From contig JALXBF010000118.1 of NCBI GenBank assembly GCA_026991575.1, positions 62,001 through 126,000 on the forward strand: a stretch of DNA of 64,000 nt. The letters are read 5' to 3'. The position numbers and the translations under genes are program-made. Positions 19,449 through 29,545 of this stretch are shown one piece after another. The number at the start of each line of letters is the position of its first letter. The stretch's first letter is position 1. Below the pieces are notes generated by a model. That model worked only from the letters and a program-made list of their open reading frames with translations. It was not told the origin of the DNA and searched no databases. This DNA comes from Planctomycetota bacterium (lineage in GTDB: Bacteria; Planctomycetota; Planctomycetia; JALXBF01).

Positions 19449-20927
19449 ATGTACCAGCGTTTCTTCGGCATGGAACGCAAACCGTTCGGGGTCTCGCCGC
19501 GGCTGTCGTCCTACTGCCCCGTGCCGGAGCATGAGGAGGCGATCGCGGCACTGCGCTACGTTGTGCTGCAGGGTGCCGGGATCGGGCTCGTGCTGGGCGA
19601 CTCCGGCATGGGCAAGACGACCGTGTGCTTGCGGCTCAGCCAGTTGCTCGATCCGACCTACGCCATTGCGTTCGTGACCCAGACGAACTTCGCCACCGTG
19701 AAGGCCTTCTACCAGGCGATTCATTACGACCTCGGCCTGCCGTACTACGGCATGGATGAGCAGGAGCTGAGGCTGTCGTTCAGCGACTTTGCGCTGGCCC
19801 GGTTGGCCGCCGGTGGCAAGACTGTCCTCATTGTGGACGAGGGCCAGAACTTGACCGACCGCATCCTGGAGGAGATCCGGCTGCTGGCCGACGTCGACGC
19901 CCAGGACAAGGGCATGGTGCAGGTGATCCTGGCTGCCCGTCCGGAGCTGAAAGAACGGCTGGCCGATCCATTCTTCGGCAGCCTTCGCCAGAGGATCGCC
20001 ATCACCGTCCAGCTACAACCGCTGAGCCTGCTGGACACGATCGGCTACGTCAGGAGTCAGATTCGGGCAGCCGGAGCCGAGCCGGAGCGGCTCATCAGCG
20101 AGGACGCGATCGAACGCGTGCACGAATTGAGCGGTGGTGTGCCACGTGTCATCAACCGACTCTGCGACCACGCCTTCTTGATTGCGTTCGCGGCGGAAAA
20201 ACCAATGGTCGACCGCGACACGATCGACGCCGCGTGGGTCGAGCTCCAGGAGGTCGAACTGGCTAACCAGCAGATCCAGGCACCGGACGTTGCTGAAGCG
20301 ACCCCGTCGCTCAAGACACAGCAGGAGGTGCCGCCGAGCCGGTTGCGTCAGCGTCGGGAGCCGGCCCCGGCGAACCTCCCAGCAGGCGATCTCGGCGGTG
20401 TCAAGGAGGGTGAGGCCGCAGGACTACCATTTGCGGACAGCGCACTCGTGTATGTCGAAGCGGACGGAATCGGCACCACCGCAGCGGCCGAGAGTACCAT
20501 GCTGATGCCGCCGGAATCGGCCGAAGGGGCAGAAGTGTTTGTAACGGCCTCAACCGGTGAAGCATCGGCTGTGCCGGCTGACCCCGTCCCAGTCGACGAC
20601 CCGTACCGCCTGATGGATGCCCGACTGCAAGGGCAGCAGTTGCCGGCCGCCCCTGGTGCGGCAGAGCCAGGCGGTGGCGCGGCGGAAGCGGCGGCCGATG
20701 AACCGCAGGCAGCACACGTTGCCGAAGAGTGGGACGCCGTCGAAATCGGGCCGGAAGACGGTGCAGACATCTCGCACGGCCTCGGCATGGTCTCAGGCCT
20801 ACAGCAGGTACTGCCCGAGAAGGACATCACCACACATCCACCGCACGGCGACGAGAAGCGGAAACCGCACGACGTGCGTCAAACGGCGAAGCGGATCTTC
20901 TCGCGGCTCCAGCAGCGCTATGACTGA
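19449..20927 (+). CDS. ExeA/GspA-like AAA ATPase with long acidic C-terminal tail
   Basis: MYQRFFGMERKPF start, Walker A GDSGMGKT, Walker B LIVDEGQ, LRQRI, SGGVPRVINRLCD. Confidence 0.88.
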   Translation: MYQRFFGMERKPFGVSPRLSSYCPVPEHEEAIAALRYVVLQGAGIGLVLGDSGMGKTTVCLRLSQLLDPTYAIAFVTQTNFATVKAFYQAIHYDLGLPYYGMDEQELRLSFSDFALARLAAGGKTVLIVDEGQNLTDRILEEIRLLADVDAQDKGMVQVILAARPELKERLADPFFGSLRQRIAITVQLQPLSLLDTIGYVRSQIRAAGAEPERLISEDAIERVHELSGGVPRVINRLCDHAFLIAFAAEKPMVDRDTIDAAWVELQEVELANQQIQAPDVAEATPSLKTQQEVPPSRLRQRREPAPANLPAGDLGGVKEGEAAGLPFADSALVYVEADGIGTTAAAESTMLMPPESAEGAEVFVTASTGEASAVPADPVPVDDPYRLMDARLQGQQLPAAPGAAEPGGGAAEAAADEPQAAHVAEEWDAVEIGPEDGADISHGLGMVSGLQQVLPEKDITTHPPHGDEKRKPHDVRQTAKRIFSRLQQRYD

Positions 20928-20946
20928 TCGGCTCGCAAGCGGTGTG

Positions 20947-21507
20947 TCAGTCGCAGTGCAGCTTACGGAGTCGCGGGGACAGACGCAACAGCCAATGGAC
21001 CCGCTCCAGCTCGTTGAGCCACTCGCTGACCATGGCGCGGAGCAGCTCTTGCTCGTCTTTCGGTGCTCCGGCGACCGTCTGCCCCAGCTCTCGGCTGGCA
21101 AGGTACCGGTAGCGGCTGAGCGTGCGGTCGCCGTAGCGGGCTGCTTCGTAGCCGTCCTCACTGAGAAAGAGCACCACGGGAATCCGACGGCCACCGTTGA
21201 CGAGGAGCTGATCGCGTAGCTCGGGCACTTCGTCCCGCTCAAGCAAGCGGAGCTTGACGCGTTCGGTTTCGGCGGCAAACCGGCCGAGGATGGGGACCTG
21301 CAGGGTGCAGTCGCCGCACCAGGGGCTTGCCAAACACAGGAGCAACACGTCGCGCTGGAATGACTGGAGCAATTGCCGCTGCGGCTCGCTCAGCTCGACC
21401 CGTTCGTACTGTTCTTGCCACCGTTGGCGGGCGTCGTCGAGTCCGTACTTTAGGAGGAATTCCTCGTAGGGCAGCCCCTGCTCAAAGTACTCCAGCCAGA
21501 CACTCAT
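20947..21507 (-). CDS. Thioredoxin family protein
   Basis: WCGDC motif, NGGRRIPVVLF (cis-Pro loop), GGAGGTGA RBS. Confidence 0.9.
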   Translation of the reverse strand: MSVWLEYFEQGLPYEEFLLKYGLDDARQRWQEQYERVELSEPQRQLLQSFQRDVLLLCLASPWCGDCTLQVPILGRFAAETERVKLRLLERDEVPELRDQLLVNGGRRIPVVLFLSEDGYEAARYGDRTLSRYRYLASRELGQTVAGAPKDEQELLRAMVSEWLNELERVHWLLRLSPRLRKLHCD

Positions 21508-21877
21508 CGGCTCACCTCCCAAGCTCTCCTGGCTGGCCCGTGGTGGTGTCGCGGGTCAAGGTTTCGGCCGGCTGGCATGCGGAACTGACGGTCATGACGA
21601 TTTTGCATCCTAGTCGCTGCGGGACGGGGCTGACAACCAGTGCACCACGTGTCATAATACCCCCCGGGGCATCTCCTGCCCGGTAGGGCGCGGCCGCCTG
21701 TGCGGCGAGTGGTTGTGCCCGTCGGTCTGTCTCGGTAGGCAGGGTGCCCCGGAGCGGCCGGGTGTCACCAGCGGCCATAGCTCCGGGCGTCCGGCCGGCG
21801 CGAGCTGGGCATGCCGGTTGACGTCGGCTGTGAGGTCTGTGCAAAATGGGTGGAGTGCATGGCGGTAGCGTAGAATG

Positions 21878-21975
21878 AAGCGCGAGCTGTTGGAAGGCAT
21901 TGGGCGCAAAGGGTATGGGACGCTGATCGCACCCCCGTGAGGGGACCGATGGCAGCCTGGCATGCGATAGCTTCC
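21878..21975 (+). promoter_or_regulatory. Possible c-di-GMP-I (GEMM)-like leader element
   Basis: GGGCGCAAAG and ATGGCAGCC in GEMM-like order, just after a TAGAAT box. P2 pairing is weak. Confidence 0.25.
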
Positions 21976-22058
21976 CCTTCCGGCCCGTTTCCCGTTGTCT
22001 GTCCCTGGCAGCCCAAGTCTTCTTCTTGGATCTGACAACCGAGCGACGGGCTACGGCC

Positions 22059-23984
22059 ATGGCTAAAGTAGCAACGCAGGCCTTCATCATTGCAAGATCC
22101 GGGCCGGCCAAGGACGAGGTATGGCTTGTCGATCCGCACAAGCGGAGCACGATCGGGCGGCAACGCAGCGCGCACATCTACTTGAACGATCGCTGGTGCA
22201 GCCGCCGCCACGCGGAGATCTGGTACGACGGCACCCAGTGGTGGATACGCGACTGTGGTAGTCGCAACGGCACATGGGTCAACGGGGAACCGCTGACCGC
22301 GCCGCGCACGCTCGCGCCGAACGATGTCATCCAGATCGGCGAAAGCGAACTGGTCTTTGCACGCGACCTGTCCGCCCTGCCCGAAGAGAAGCGTCCGAAC
22401 ATCTCTGATCTGGAGTCCGACTCGAAGGTGATCGAGGACCCGGAGACACACCTGTCGGTCACGGCCACCATCCCGGTTAAGGAGCGCCAAAGCGGCGCGA
22501 TCGAGTTGGCCGAAAGTGCGCAGATCTTCGGGGCCGTGTACCGAACGGCGCGGCGGCTTCTGCTGCGGCTGTATCGAGAAACCGACCCGGCTGCCCTGGC
22601 CGAGACCGTCGCACAGGTGCTGAAGAAGGGTACCGAGGCGGATGCTACGGTCATCGTCGGCTACCGTGACCCGACGAACCAGAGGGTCTGGGCACGAGCC
22701 GGGGAGCTTGCTCAAGGCTACAGCCGCCGTCTGGCCGAACTGGCAATGGAGCAGCACACCGGCCTGCTTGCCAAGGACATCCCAGGCGATCGCGAGTTGG
22801 CCGGGAGAGCGAGTGTGAGCCGGATCGGCGCAACCAGTGTCGTGTGCGTCCCGGTCTATGCGTTCAGTGGGCCGGTTGCGCTGCTGTACGCCTACCGCTT
22901 CGACCGCAGCCGCCCGCTGCGCGAAAGCGACCTGGAGTTTGCCCTAACCGTCGCCGAGGACTATGGCCGGGCCCTCGAAGCGCTCGGCCGCGGCACGTTC
23001 CAGCGCTGGGTCGGGTTGCTCGAGCAGGAACGCGACCTCGATACGGAAATCATCGGTCAAAGTCCTGCGATCCGCCGCATCCTGGAGATGGTCCGACGCG
23101 TGGCAAAGACTCAGTCGACGGTGCTGATTCGGGGCGAGAGCGGTGTTGGCAAGGAACTGGTGGCCCGCGCAATCCATGCCAACAGCGTCCGGGCAGACGG
23201 CCCGTTCGTGTGCCTGAACTGCGCCGCACTGACAGAGACGCTGCTTGAAAGTGAACTGTTCGGCCACGAGAAGGGCGCGTTCACCGGGGCCACGCAGAAG
23301 AAGATCGGCAAGTTCGAGGCGGCCGACGGCGGAACCATCTTCCTGGACGAAATCGGCGAAATGAAGCCCGCGACGCAGGCGAAGCTGCTGCGGGTTCTGG
23401 AGGGCCATCCGTTTGAGCGAGTGGGCGGTGGCGAACTGGTTGAGGTCGATGTACGCGTGGTGGCAGCGACGAACCGGCCCCTGGAGAAGATGGTCGAAGA
23501 GGGCACGTTCCGGAGAGACCTGTTCTTCAGGCTGCAGGTTGTCGAGATCTACGTGCCGCCCCTGCGCGAGCGCAAAGAAGACGTGGCTCTGCTAGCCGAG
23601 CACTTCCTCAGAGTGTACGCTCGCCAGACCGGTCGCGACGTCAAGGGCTTCTCGCGCGAGGCGCTGGAGAAACTCAAGAACTACCACTGGCCCGGAAACG
23701 TTCGCGAACTGAAGAACGTCGTCGAACGCGCCGTGGTGCTGGGTCAGGGCGACATGGTTCTGCCCGAAGATATCATCCTGACAAACATCCCGCTCGGAGG
23801 GGATGAACCAGAGAAAGGCCCTGGCGGATACCGGCCAACCAGCCTGGAGGAGGTAGAGAAGAAGCACATCGAGGCGACGCTGGCCTACACGAAGTGGAAC
23901 AAGACTCGAGCGGCAGCCATCCTGGGGATCGAACGCTCCACGCTCGATCGGAAAATCCACAAGTACGGCCTCAAACGCGTCTAA
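22059..23984 (+). CDS. FHA-GAF sigma54-dependent transcriptional activator
   Basis: FHA motifs ([17 protein letters not shown]), [31 protein letters not shown], Fis-type HTH. Confidence 0.95.
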   Translation: MAKVATQAFIIARSGPAKDEVWLVDPHKRSTIGRQRSAHIYLNDRWCSRRHAEIWYDGTQWWIRDCGSRNGTWVNGEPLTAPRTLAPNDVIQIGESELVFARDLSALPEEKRPNISDLESDSKVIEDPETHLSVTATIPVKERQSGAIELAESAQIFGAVYRTARRLLLRLYRETDPAALAETVAQVLKKGTEADATVIVGYRDPTNQRVWARAGELAQGYSRRLAELAMEQHTGLLAKDIPGDRELAGRASVSRIGATSVVCVPVYAFSGPVALLYAYRFDRSRPLRESDLEFALTVAEDYGRALEALGRGTFQRWVGLLEQERDLDTEIIGQSPAIRRILEMVRRVAKTQSTVLIRGESGVGKELVARAIHANSVRADGPFVCLNCAALTETLLESELFGHEKGAFTGATQKKIGKFEAADGGTIFLDEIGEMKPATQAKLLRVLEGHPFERVGGGELVEVDVRVVAATNRPLEKMVEEGTFRRDLFFRLQVVEIYVPPLRERKEDVALLAEHFLRVYARQTGRDVKGFSREALEKLKNYHWPGNVRELKNVVERAVVLGQGDMVLPEDIILTNIPLGGDEPEKGPGGYRPTSLEEVEKKHIEATLAYTKWNKTRAAAILGIERSTLDRKIHKYGLKRV

Positions 23985-24459
23985 CCCGGGGGCCATTCCC
24001 GTCTCGGACTCGTTCCCGCACACGACTTGACCAACTGCTGTATGCCCTCGATGCTCAAGTGCCGCGCCCGGCACGTCGTTCCCAACACCCCGTGGCTAGG
24101 AGTTCGCCGCCTGGACCCGAGGCGGCCTCTACCTACACCACCGCCCAAGAGGGTAAGAAGGCGGTCGCTTCCGATCGGTTCGTACTGGGGCAGGCATCAC
24201 GCCAGCTGAGCTGACGACTTCCATGGATCATCTCTCCTCCGCGGCGAAGGGGTCCTGCCGCCGGGACATCCGAGCTGGCTATTGACGGAGACGACAGCAT
24301 GACCCGATGCGTTGTTGACCCGTTGGTCCGTCCGACGGGCGCGGTGCCGCGCAGGACGCAGGCCACGTAGTCTCGTTCCTCACCGGTCTTGGCACCAGGC
24401 CGCAAACTGCCGGACTGACTTGCCGGTTGGCAGCGCGTGAACGGATGCCGGCCGCTGCG

Positions 24460-25800
24460 CTAGCTACGCGGGCTGGAAAGGTCCAGCACGCCGTTGCCTG
24501 TGCCCGCAATCCGTTCAGGCAGGAATGCGACCTGACCATGTAGTTGTTGCACACGCCCAACCGCCGACCGGGGTAGTCGACACGTGACCTCCGCCTGACC
24601 ATTGTCCTGTGCCTGGTGCTCGACGATAGCGTGCGTGCGCAGGAAGCTGGAGAGTTTCCAGTTCGTGGTGTCAAACGTCACACGCACATAGGCGAATTGC
24701 TCGGCCAGCTTCTCAAGCACCTTGGCAGCCAACCGGTCCAGGCCTTGGCCAGTCTGGGCGCTGACGACGACCGTGTCTGGCAGTCGGGCCCGCAGCAGCT
24801 CGATGTAGCTGCGATCGGGGACAATGTCCGCTTTGTTCAGCACGTGGATGGCCGGCTTCTTCGCGCAGCCGAGTTCGGCCAACACCTCGTGCACTGCCCG
24901 CGCCTGGTCCAGAGCATGCACGTTCGCTGCGTCGATGACGTGCAGCAACAGATCCGCCTGGCGCACTTCCTCCAGCGTTGCCCGGAAGGACGCGACTAGG
25001 TGGTGAGGCAGATCCCGGATGAAGCCGACCGTATCGCTCAGCAGCACCTGGCCCCAGCCGGGCAGTTTCCAGCGGCGGGTGCGCGTATCGAGTGTGGCGA
25101 ACAGGGCGTCCTCCACGAACACTCCGGCGCCGGTGAGCGCGTTCATCAACGTGCTCTTGCCGGCATTCGTGTAGCCTACGAGGCTGACGGTAATCTCGTC
25201 GCCCCGGCTGGCCACCGTCTGCGCCTTGCGCCGCTCAATGGCCCGCAGCTGCCGTTTCAGGTCCGTGATCCGGCGGGCGATCACCCGGCGGTCTTCTTCG
25301 AGCTGTTGCTCACCGGGCCCGCGCATTCCGATACCGCCCTTGATACGGCCCAGGTGGGTCCACATCCGCCGCAACCTGGGCAAGGCATACTGCAGCTGCG
25401 CCAACTCCACCTGCAGCCGCGCCTCGTGCGTACGTGCCCGGGTGGCGAAGATGTCCAGGATCAGCTCGGTGCGGTCCAGCACACGAGCGCGGACCACTCG
25501 TTCGAGGTTGCGGACCTGGGCAGGTGACAAGTCGTTGTCGAAGATGACGATGTCGGCCTTGTGCGCTTTTACCAGCTCGGCAAGCTCCTGCGTCTTGCCC
25601 CGGCCAATGTAGGTCGATGCGTCCGGCTTCTGACGCTTCTGGACCAATGTTGCGACGACGTGGGCACCGGCCGTTTCGGCCAGTCCGTACAGCTCTTCCA
25701 GAGGGTTGCGGTCGTCCCAGGTCTTCCCGGGCAGGATAACGCCGACAAGGATCGCCCGCTCATTGCGGACTTTCAGCTGGATATCAGCGAACTTCGCCAC
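24460..25800 (-). CDS. hflX: Ribosome-splitting GTPase HflX
   Basis: LILDIFATRA, RGPGEQQLE, VGYTNAGKSTL, LFATLD, SDTVGFI, NKAD. Confidence 0.96.
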   Translation of the reverse strand: MAKFADIQLKVRNERAILVGVILPGKTWDDRNPLEELYGLAETAGAHVVATLVQKRQKPDASTYIGRGKTQELAELVKAHKADIVIFDNDLSPAQVRNLERVVRARVLDRTELILDIFATRARTHEARLQVELAQLQYALPRLRRMWTHLGRIKGGIGMRGPGEQQLEEDRRVIARRITDLKRQLRAIERRKAQTVASRGDEITVSLVGYTNAGKSTLMNALTGAGVFVEDALFATLDTRTRRWKLPGWGQVLLSDTVGFIRDLPHHLVASFRATLEEVRQADLLLHVIDAANVHALDQARAVHEVLAELGCAKKPAIHVLNKADIVPDRSYIELLRARLPDTVVVSAQTGQGLDRLAAKVLEKLAEQFAYVRVTFDTTNWKLSSFLRTHAIVEHQAQDNGQAEVTCRLPRSAVGRVQQLHGQVAFLPERIAGTGNGVLDLSSPRS

Positions 25801-26108
25801 GTTGTTCTCGTTACGCGGTGCCGAACCTCAGGTCCTCTCGTTCCAGGAGTTCTTCCCAAGCTGCCCATCCCGGCCCTAGCTTCGACGGACCGAGCCGGCT
25901 TGCCGTTCCAGCGCCATGATAAATGTGGGCCGCCAGGTGGTCAACGACCGGTCCACGCCTCACCTGCGACCCACACGTACGCCCGGTCGTTCCGATCGTG
26001 CAACAAGTTGGTGTTGCTGTCTGCCTCCAACGAGAAACGCGTGACCGGGGACGGTCGCGCGCTCAGGGCGCTGGCGTGAGCGAAGCGGTCACGCACGCGG
26101 GGTGGTTG

Positions 26109-26540
26109 TCACAGTGCCAAAGGGCCGTCCCATTCGGGCGGGCCCGGTGGACTGCAGAAGTTGCCGGGCAGGGCCGCCAGGAAGCGGCCGCCAATCTGGT
26201 AGTAGCCCCGAGTGGTGAACTTCACCCAGCGCGGCTGAAACAGCATGTGGCACCAGGGCCGATCCTCGGTCCAGAAACTCAACACGGCCTGCTCCGTACG
26301 TAGCAGCTGTTTCACGATCAGTCCAAAGCCACCGGCAGAGATGTCGGTTACCAGCGCGTGGAACGATTCCTCCGGCAGTGCGCGGCCCGACTTAGGGTCG
26401 ATCGGGGTAACGGTCACAGGCTGGTGCAGCGGATAACGCCGAGCCTGCCGCCGTTCGCGACGCGTGACGACGAACCCGTTTGCTTCCAGAATGCGCGTGA
26501 TCGCCTGATCAAGATCTGGGCTGAAGGCGGCTTGCTTCAC
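26109..26540 (-). CDS. Stand-alone PilZ domain protein
   Basis: RRQARR (RxxxR) and DISAGG (DxSxxG) c-di-GMP-binding motifs. Confidence 0.82.
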   Translation of the reverse strand: MKQAAFSPDLDQAITRILEANGFVVTRRERRQARRYPLHQPVTVTPIDPKSGRALPEESFHALVTDISAGGFGLIVKQLLRTEQAVLSFWTEDRPWCHMLFQPRWVKFTTRGYYQIGGRFLAALPGNFCSPPGPPEWDGPLAL

Positions 26541-26718
26541 GGTTGCCCCCCACGTTCGACGGTGACATGAAGGCGGTGAGCGTCCCCGAGATGTTGCTCA
26601 CTCTAACCTAGCTTGCGATCCGGGCGCGGCAAACTGCGGCGGCTCAGAATGCTGTCGCCAGGCGGCGCAGTAGAATAGGTCCTCCCGTGAACGGCCCACC
26701 GAGCTTGGAGGTTCAGCC

Positions 26719-27384
26719 ATGTTACGTACAGCCCTTTCGGTGGCAGGTGCCGCTGCGCTGGCTCTAGCCCTGGCCAACCTCGCCGCAACCGCTCCGTCGC
26801 CTGGTGCAGAAGACGGATACGTGTCGATCTTCAACGGCAAAGATCTGACGGGGTGGATCGAGCGCGGATCTAAAGGCGGTTGGATCGTCGAGAACGGCCT
26901 GTTGGTGTGCACGCCGAAAGGCCGCTTCCTGTTCACGGAAAAGGAGTACTCGGATTTCAGCTTCAAGTTCGAGTTCAAGCTGACGCCCGGAGCGAACAAC
27001 GGCGTCTGCATCCGGTCCCCACTGCAGGGCAATCCTGCCTACGACGGGATCGAGATTCAGATTCTTGACGACTACCACCCGCGGTACCTCGGTCGGCTCC
27101 GACCAGCTCAGTACCACGGCTCCATTTACGACGTGTGGCCGGCACGGCGGGGGTTCCTGCGCGAGGCGGGCGAGTGGAACGAGGAGGAGATCATTTGCAG
27201 GGGCCCGAAGATCAAGGTGATCCTCAACGGCGCCGTGATTGTTGATGCCGACCTGACGAAGGCGACCGATCCGAAAGTGCTTGCAAGACATCCGGGCCTA
27301 AAGCGCACCAAGGGGCACCTGGGCTTCTTCGGCCACGGGGATCGCGTCGAGTTTCGGAACTTGCGCGTGAAGGAGTTCAAGTAG
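26719..27384 (+). CDS. DUF1080 / 3-keto-disaccharide hydrolase family secreted protein
   Basis: Signal peptide; IFNGKDLTGW, EIQILDD, GEWNEEEI, VEFRNL. Confidence 0.92.
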   Translation: MLRTALSVAGAAALALALANLAATAPSPGAEDGYVSIFNGKDLTGWIERGSKGGWIVENGLLVCTPKGRFLFTEKEYSDFSFKFEFKLTPGANNGVCIRSPLQGNPAYDGIEIQILDDYHPRYLGRLRPAQYHGSIYDVWPARRGFLREAGEWNEEEIICRGPKIKVILNGAVIVDADLTKATDPKVLARHPGLKRTKGHLGFFGHGDRVEFRNLRVKEFK

Positions 27385-27400
27385 GCCGTACGGCAGCACG

Positions 27401-28975
27401 GTGTTCGGAGCGCTACTGAGCACTGCAGCAGCGACCAGCGAAGGCCATCCGTATGGCCTCTGGTCGCTGTTGCCCGCTGTGGTCGCCATTGTCCTTGCTT
27501 TCTGGACACGCAACGTGCTGCTTGCTCTGTTCGTTGCCGTGCTGACCGGTTCCGCGGTGCTCTATGCCCATAGTGGGCGGCTGGAGGATTGGAACTTCCT
27601 GGAGCGGTTCTTCCTTCCGGCGCTTGGCACGCCGGGATACGCCCGGATACTGCTCATTTATCTCTGGTTCCTAGGGGGGATCCTTGGGCTGTGGGAGTAC
27701 ACGGGAGCGGCCCGCCACTTCGCCGAATGGGCCGCCCGGCTGGTGCGCGGCCCGCGCTCTGCGAAGTTTGTCGCCTGGTTGCTGGGCTGTGTGTTCCACC
27801 AGGGGGGGACCGTGAGCACGGTGCTGGCCGGCACCACGGCCCGCCCGGTAGCGGAACGCCATCGCGTCAGCCACGAGGAGCTCGCCTACATCGTTGACTC
27901 CACCGCCTCACCCGTGGCCACCATCATCCCGCTGAATGTCTGGCCGGCATACGTGGCGGGCTTGATCGCCGGCGTGAGCCTGCAGGGCCAGGTGCTGGTG
28001 GCCGATGCGTCCGAAGGCGTGCGCTGGTTTCTGCGCGCGCTGCCGTTCAACTTCTACGCGATGTTCGCCGTCGGCATGACGCTGCTGTTCAGTCTGGACC
28101 TGTGGCCGTTCATGGGGCGGAAAATGCGGGAAGCACGCCGGCGGGCCCGGTCACTAGGCCAGCTCGACCGACCCGGTGCCCAACCGATGCTCACCGGCAC
28201 ACCGGGACCCGAGGCGGCCACGGACTACCCGGTGTCGCTAGCCGACTTCTTAGTGCCGCTGCTTGTGCTGATCGTCGTGGCACTGGTGCCGCATGTCGCT
28301 CACTGGGCCGGTGTTACCCATTTGCCCTACTTTGGTACGCGACGCGATGCGATCAACGAAGCATTCTTTCTGGGCACGGCCAGCGCAATCGCGCTGGCCA
28401 TTTTCAAGGGCTTGCGACCGGGCCAACTTGTGGATGCGTTTGTGCGTGGGTGTCAGAACATGACGCTAGGGGCCATGATCCTTGGGCTGGCCGTGACGCT
28501 GGGCCAGGTTGCCAGGGTGCTGGATCCCGCTGGCTATCTTGTCCAGCTTCTTGCCCGGCACGTACCGTATTGGGCCCTGCCGGCTGCCCTGATGCTGCTG
28601 TGCATGGTCGTTTCCTTCTCGATCGGGTCGTCCTGGGGCACTTACGCGGTGGTCTACCCGATGGCACTGCCCCTGGCGTTTGCCGTGGCGGTTCGAACGT
28701 ACGGTGTTGAGGTGGCTGGTCTCGCCGAGTTGGCTCGGCACGACCCGGCCGCGGCAGCAGCAATCAACCGGTACGTGGCCGTTTGCTTCGCGGCCGTGCT
28801 CGGTGGCGCAGTGTTCGGGGACCAGTGTTCGCCGATATCCGACACTACAGTACTGTCAGCCCTGTTCACGGGCTGCGACCTGATGGACCATGTCGAAACG
28901 CAGTTGCCGATGGCCCTGATGGCCGCCGCTGCCGCAGCGGCAGCCGCCACGTTAACCGTGCTGTTGCTGTGCTGA
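27401..28975 (+). CDS. Na+/H+ antiporter NhaC family transporter
   Basis: WSLLPAVVAI, ELAYIVDSTASP, GSSWGT, GAVFGDQCSPISDTTVLSA, DHVETQ. Confidence 0.9.
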   Translation: MFGALLSTAAATSEGHPYGLWSLLPAVVAIVLAFWTRNVLLALFVAVLTGSAVLYAHSGRLEDWNFLERFFLPALGTPGYARILLIYLWFLGGILGLWEYTGAARHFAEWAARLVRGPRSAKFVAWLLGCVFHQGGTVSTVLAGTTARPVAERHRVSHEELAYIVDSTASPVATIIPLNVWPAYVAGLIAGVSLQGQVLVADASEGVRWFLRALPFNFYAMFAVGMTLLFSLDLWPFMGRKMREARRRARSLGQLDRPGAQPMLTGTPGPEAATDYPVSLADFLVPLLVLIVVALVPHVAHWAGVTHLPYFGTRRDAINEAFFLGTASAIALAIFKGLRPGQLVDAFVRGCQNMTLGAMILGLAVTLGQVARVLDPAGYLVQLLARHVPYWALPAALMLLCMVVSFSIGSSWGTYAVVYPMALPLAFAVAVRTYGVEVAGLAELARHDPAAAAAINRYVAVCFAAVLGGAVFGDQCSPISDTTVLSALFTGCDLMDHVETQLPMALMAAAAAAAAATLTVLLLC

Positions 28976-29488
28976 GGCGGCCCGCACGACTTGCTGGAGC
29001 AGGGCAACGTTCCGTTCCACCGCCGCGTACTCGAAGAAGTAGCTGACCAGGTTGAAGCCGACGGCCACCAGCGCGGCCGAAAGGTGAACCCAGGAGGGCA
29101 CGGATCCGTTGTCGCAGGCTGCGCCGAGAATGGTGGTCACAATGATGAGCACCATGCTGAAGAAAGCGAACGGGAAGCAACGCGCCTTCAGCTTACGCGT
29201 GGCTCGTTCCAGGGCCGGGTCCAATCGCCACCTGGCCACCGCTTCTTTCACCCACCGTCCTGTGCCGATGAAATAAGTCATGACGATACTGTGCACCAGA
29301 AGCGTGGCGATACCGGCCAGGAGGCCGACAAGGAAGTGGCGATGGAACGCTGCGTTCAGTGCCTGGATCCGGGATGCTTCCACCGTGGCTGCGACCGCTT
29401 CACGTGGCTCCGCGTGCAGACCGAGCCAGAAAGCGGCCGCCAGCAGCAGGAGGTTCAAGACGGTGAGGCCCGTTAAGATGCGTTGCAC
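28952..29488 (-). CDS. Four-helix membrane protein of unknown function
   Basis: Hydrophobic ORF from GTG 29488 with GGAGG RBS; HSIVMTYFIGTGRWVKE. The upstream part of the track ORF is antisense shadow. Confidence 0.75.
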   Translation of the reverse strand: MQRILTGLTVLNLLLLAAAFWLGLHAEPREAVAATVEASRIQALNAAFHRHFLVGLLAGIATLLVHSIVMTYFIGTGRWVKEAVARWRLDPALERATRKLKARCFPFAFFSMVLIIVTTILGAACDNGSVPSWVHLSAALVAVGFNLVSYFFEYAAVERNVALLQQVVRAASAQQQHG

Positions 29489-29545
29489 GCCATCCTCCGG
29501 CAACTGGACATCGGTCTCGCGATGATTGAATCGGGGTAGTCGCTC

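Noticed and set aside
20947..20960. Thioredoxin C-terminal ...HCD-TGA as another Sec site
   Set aside because: The active site is already WCGDC, no AGUU-loop hairpin follows, and read-through would run into the convergent gene.
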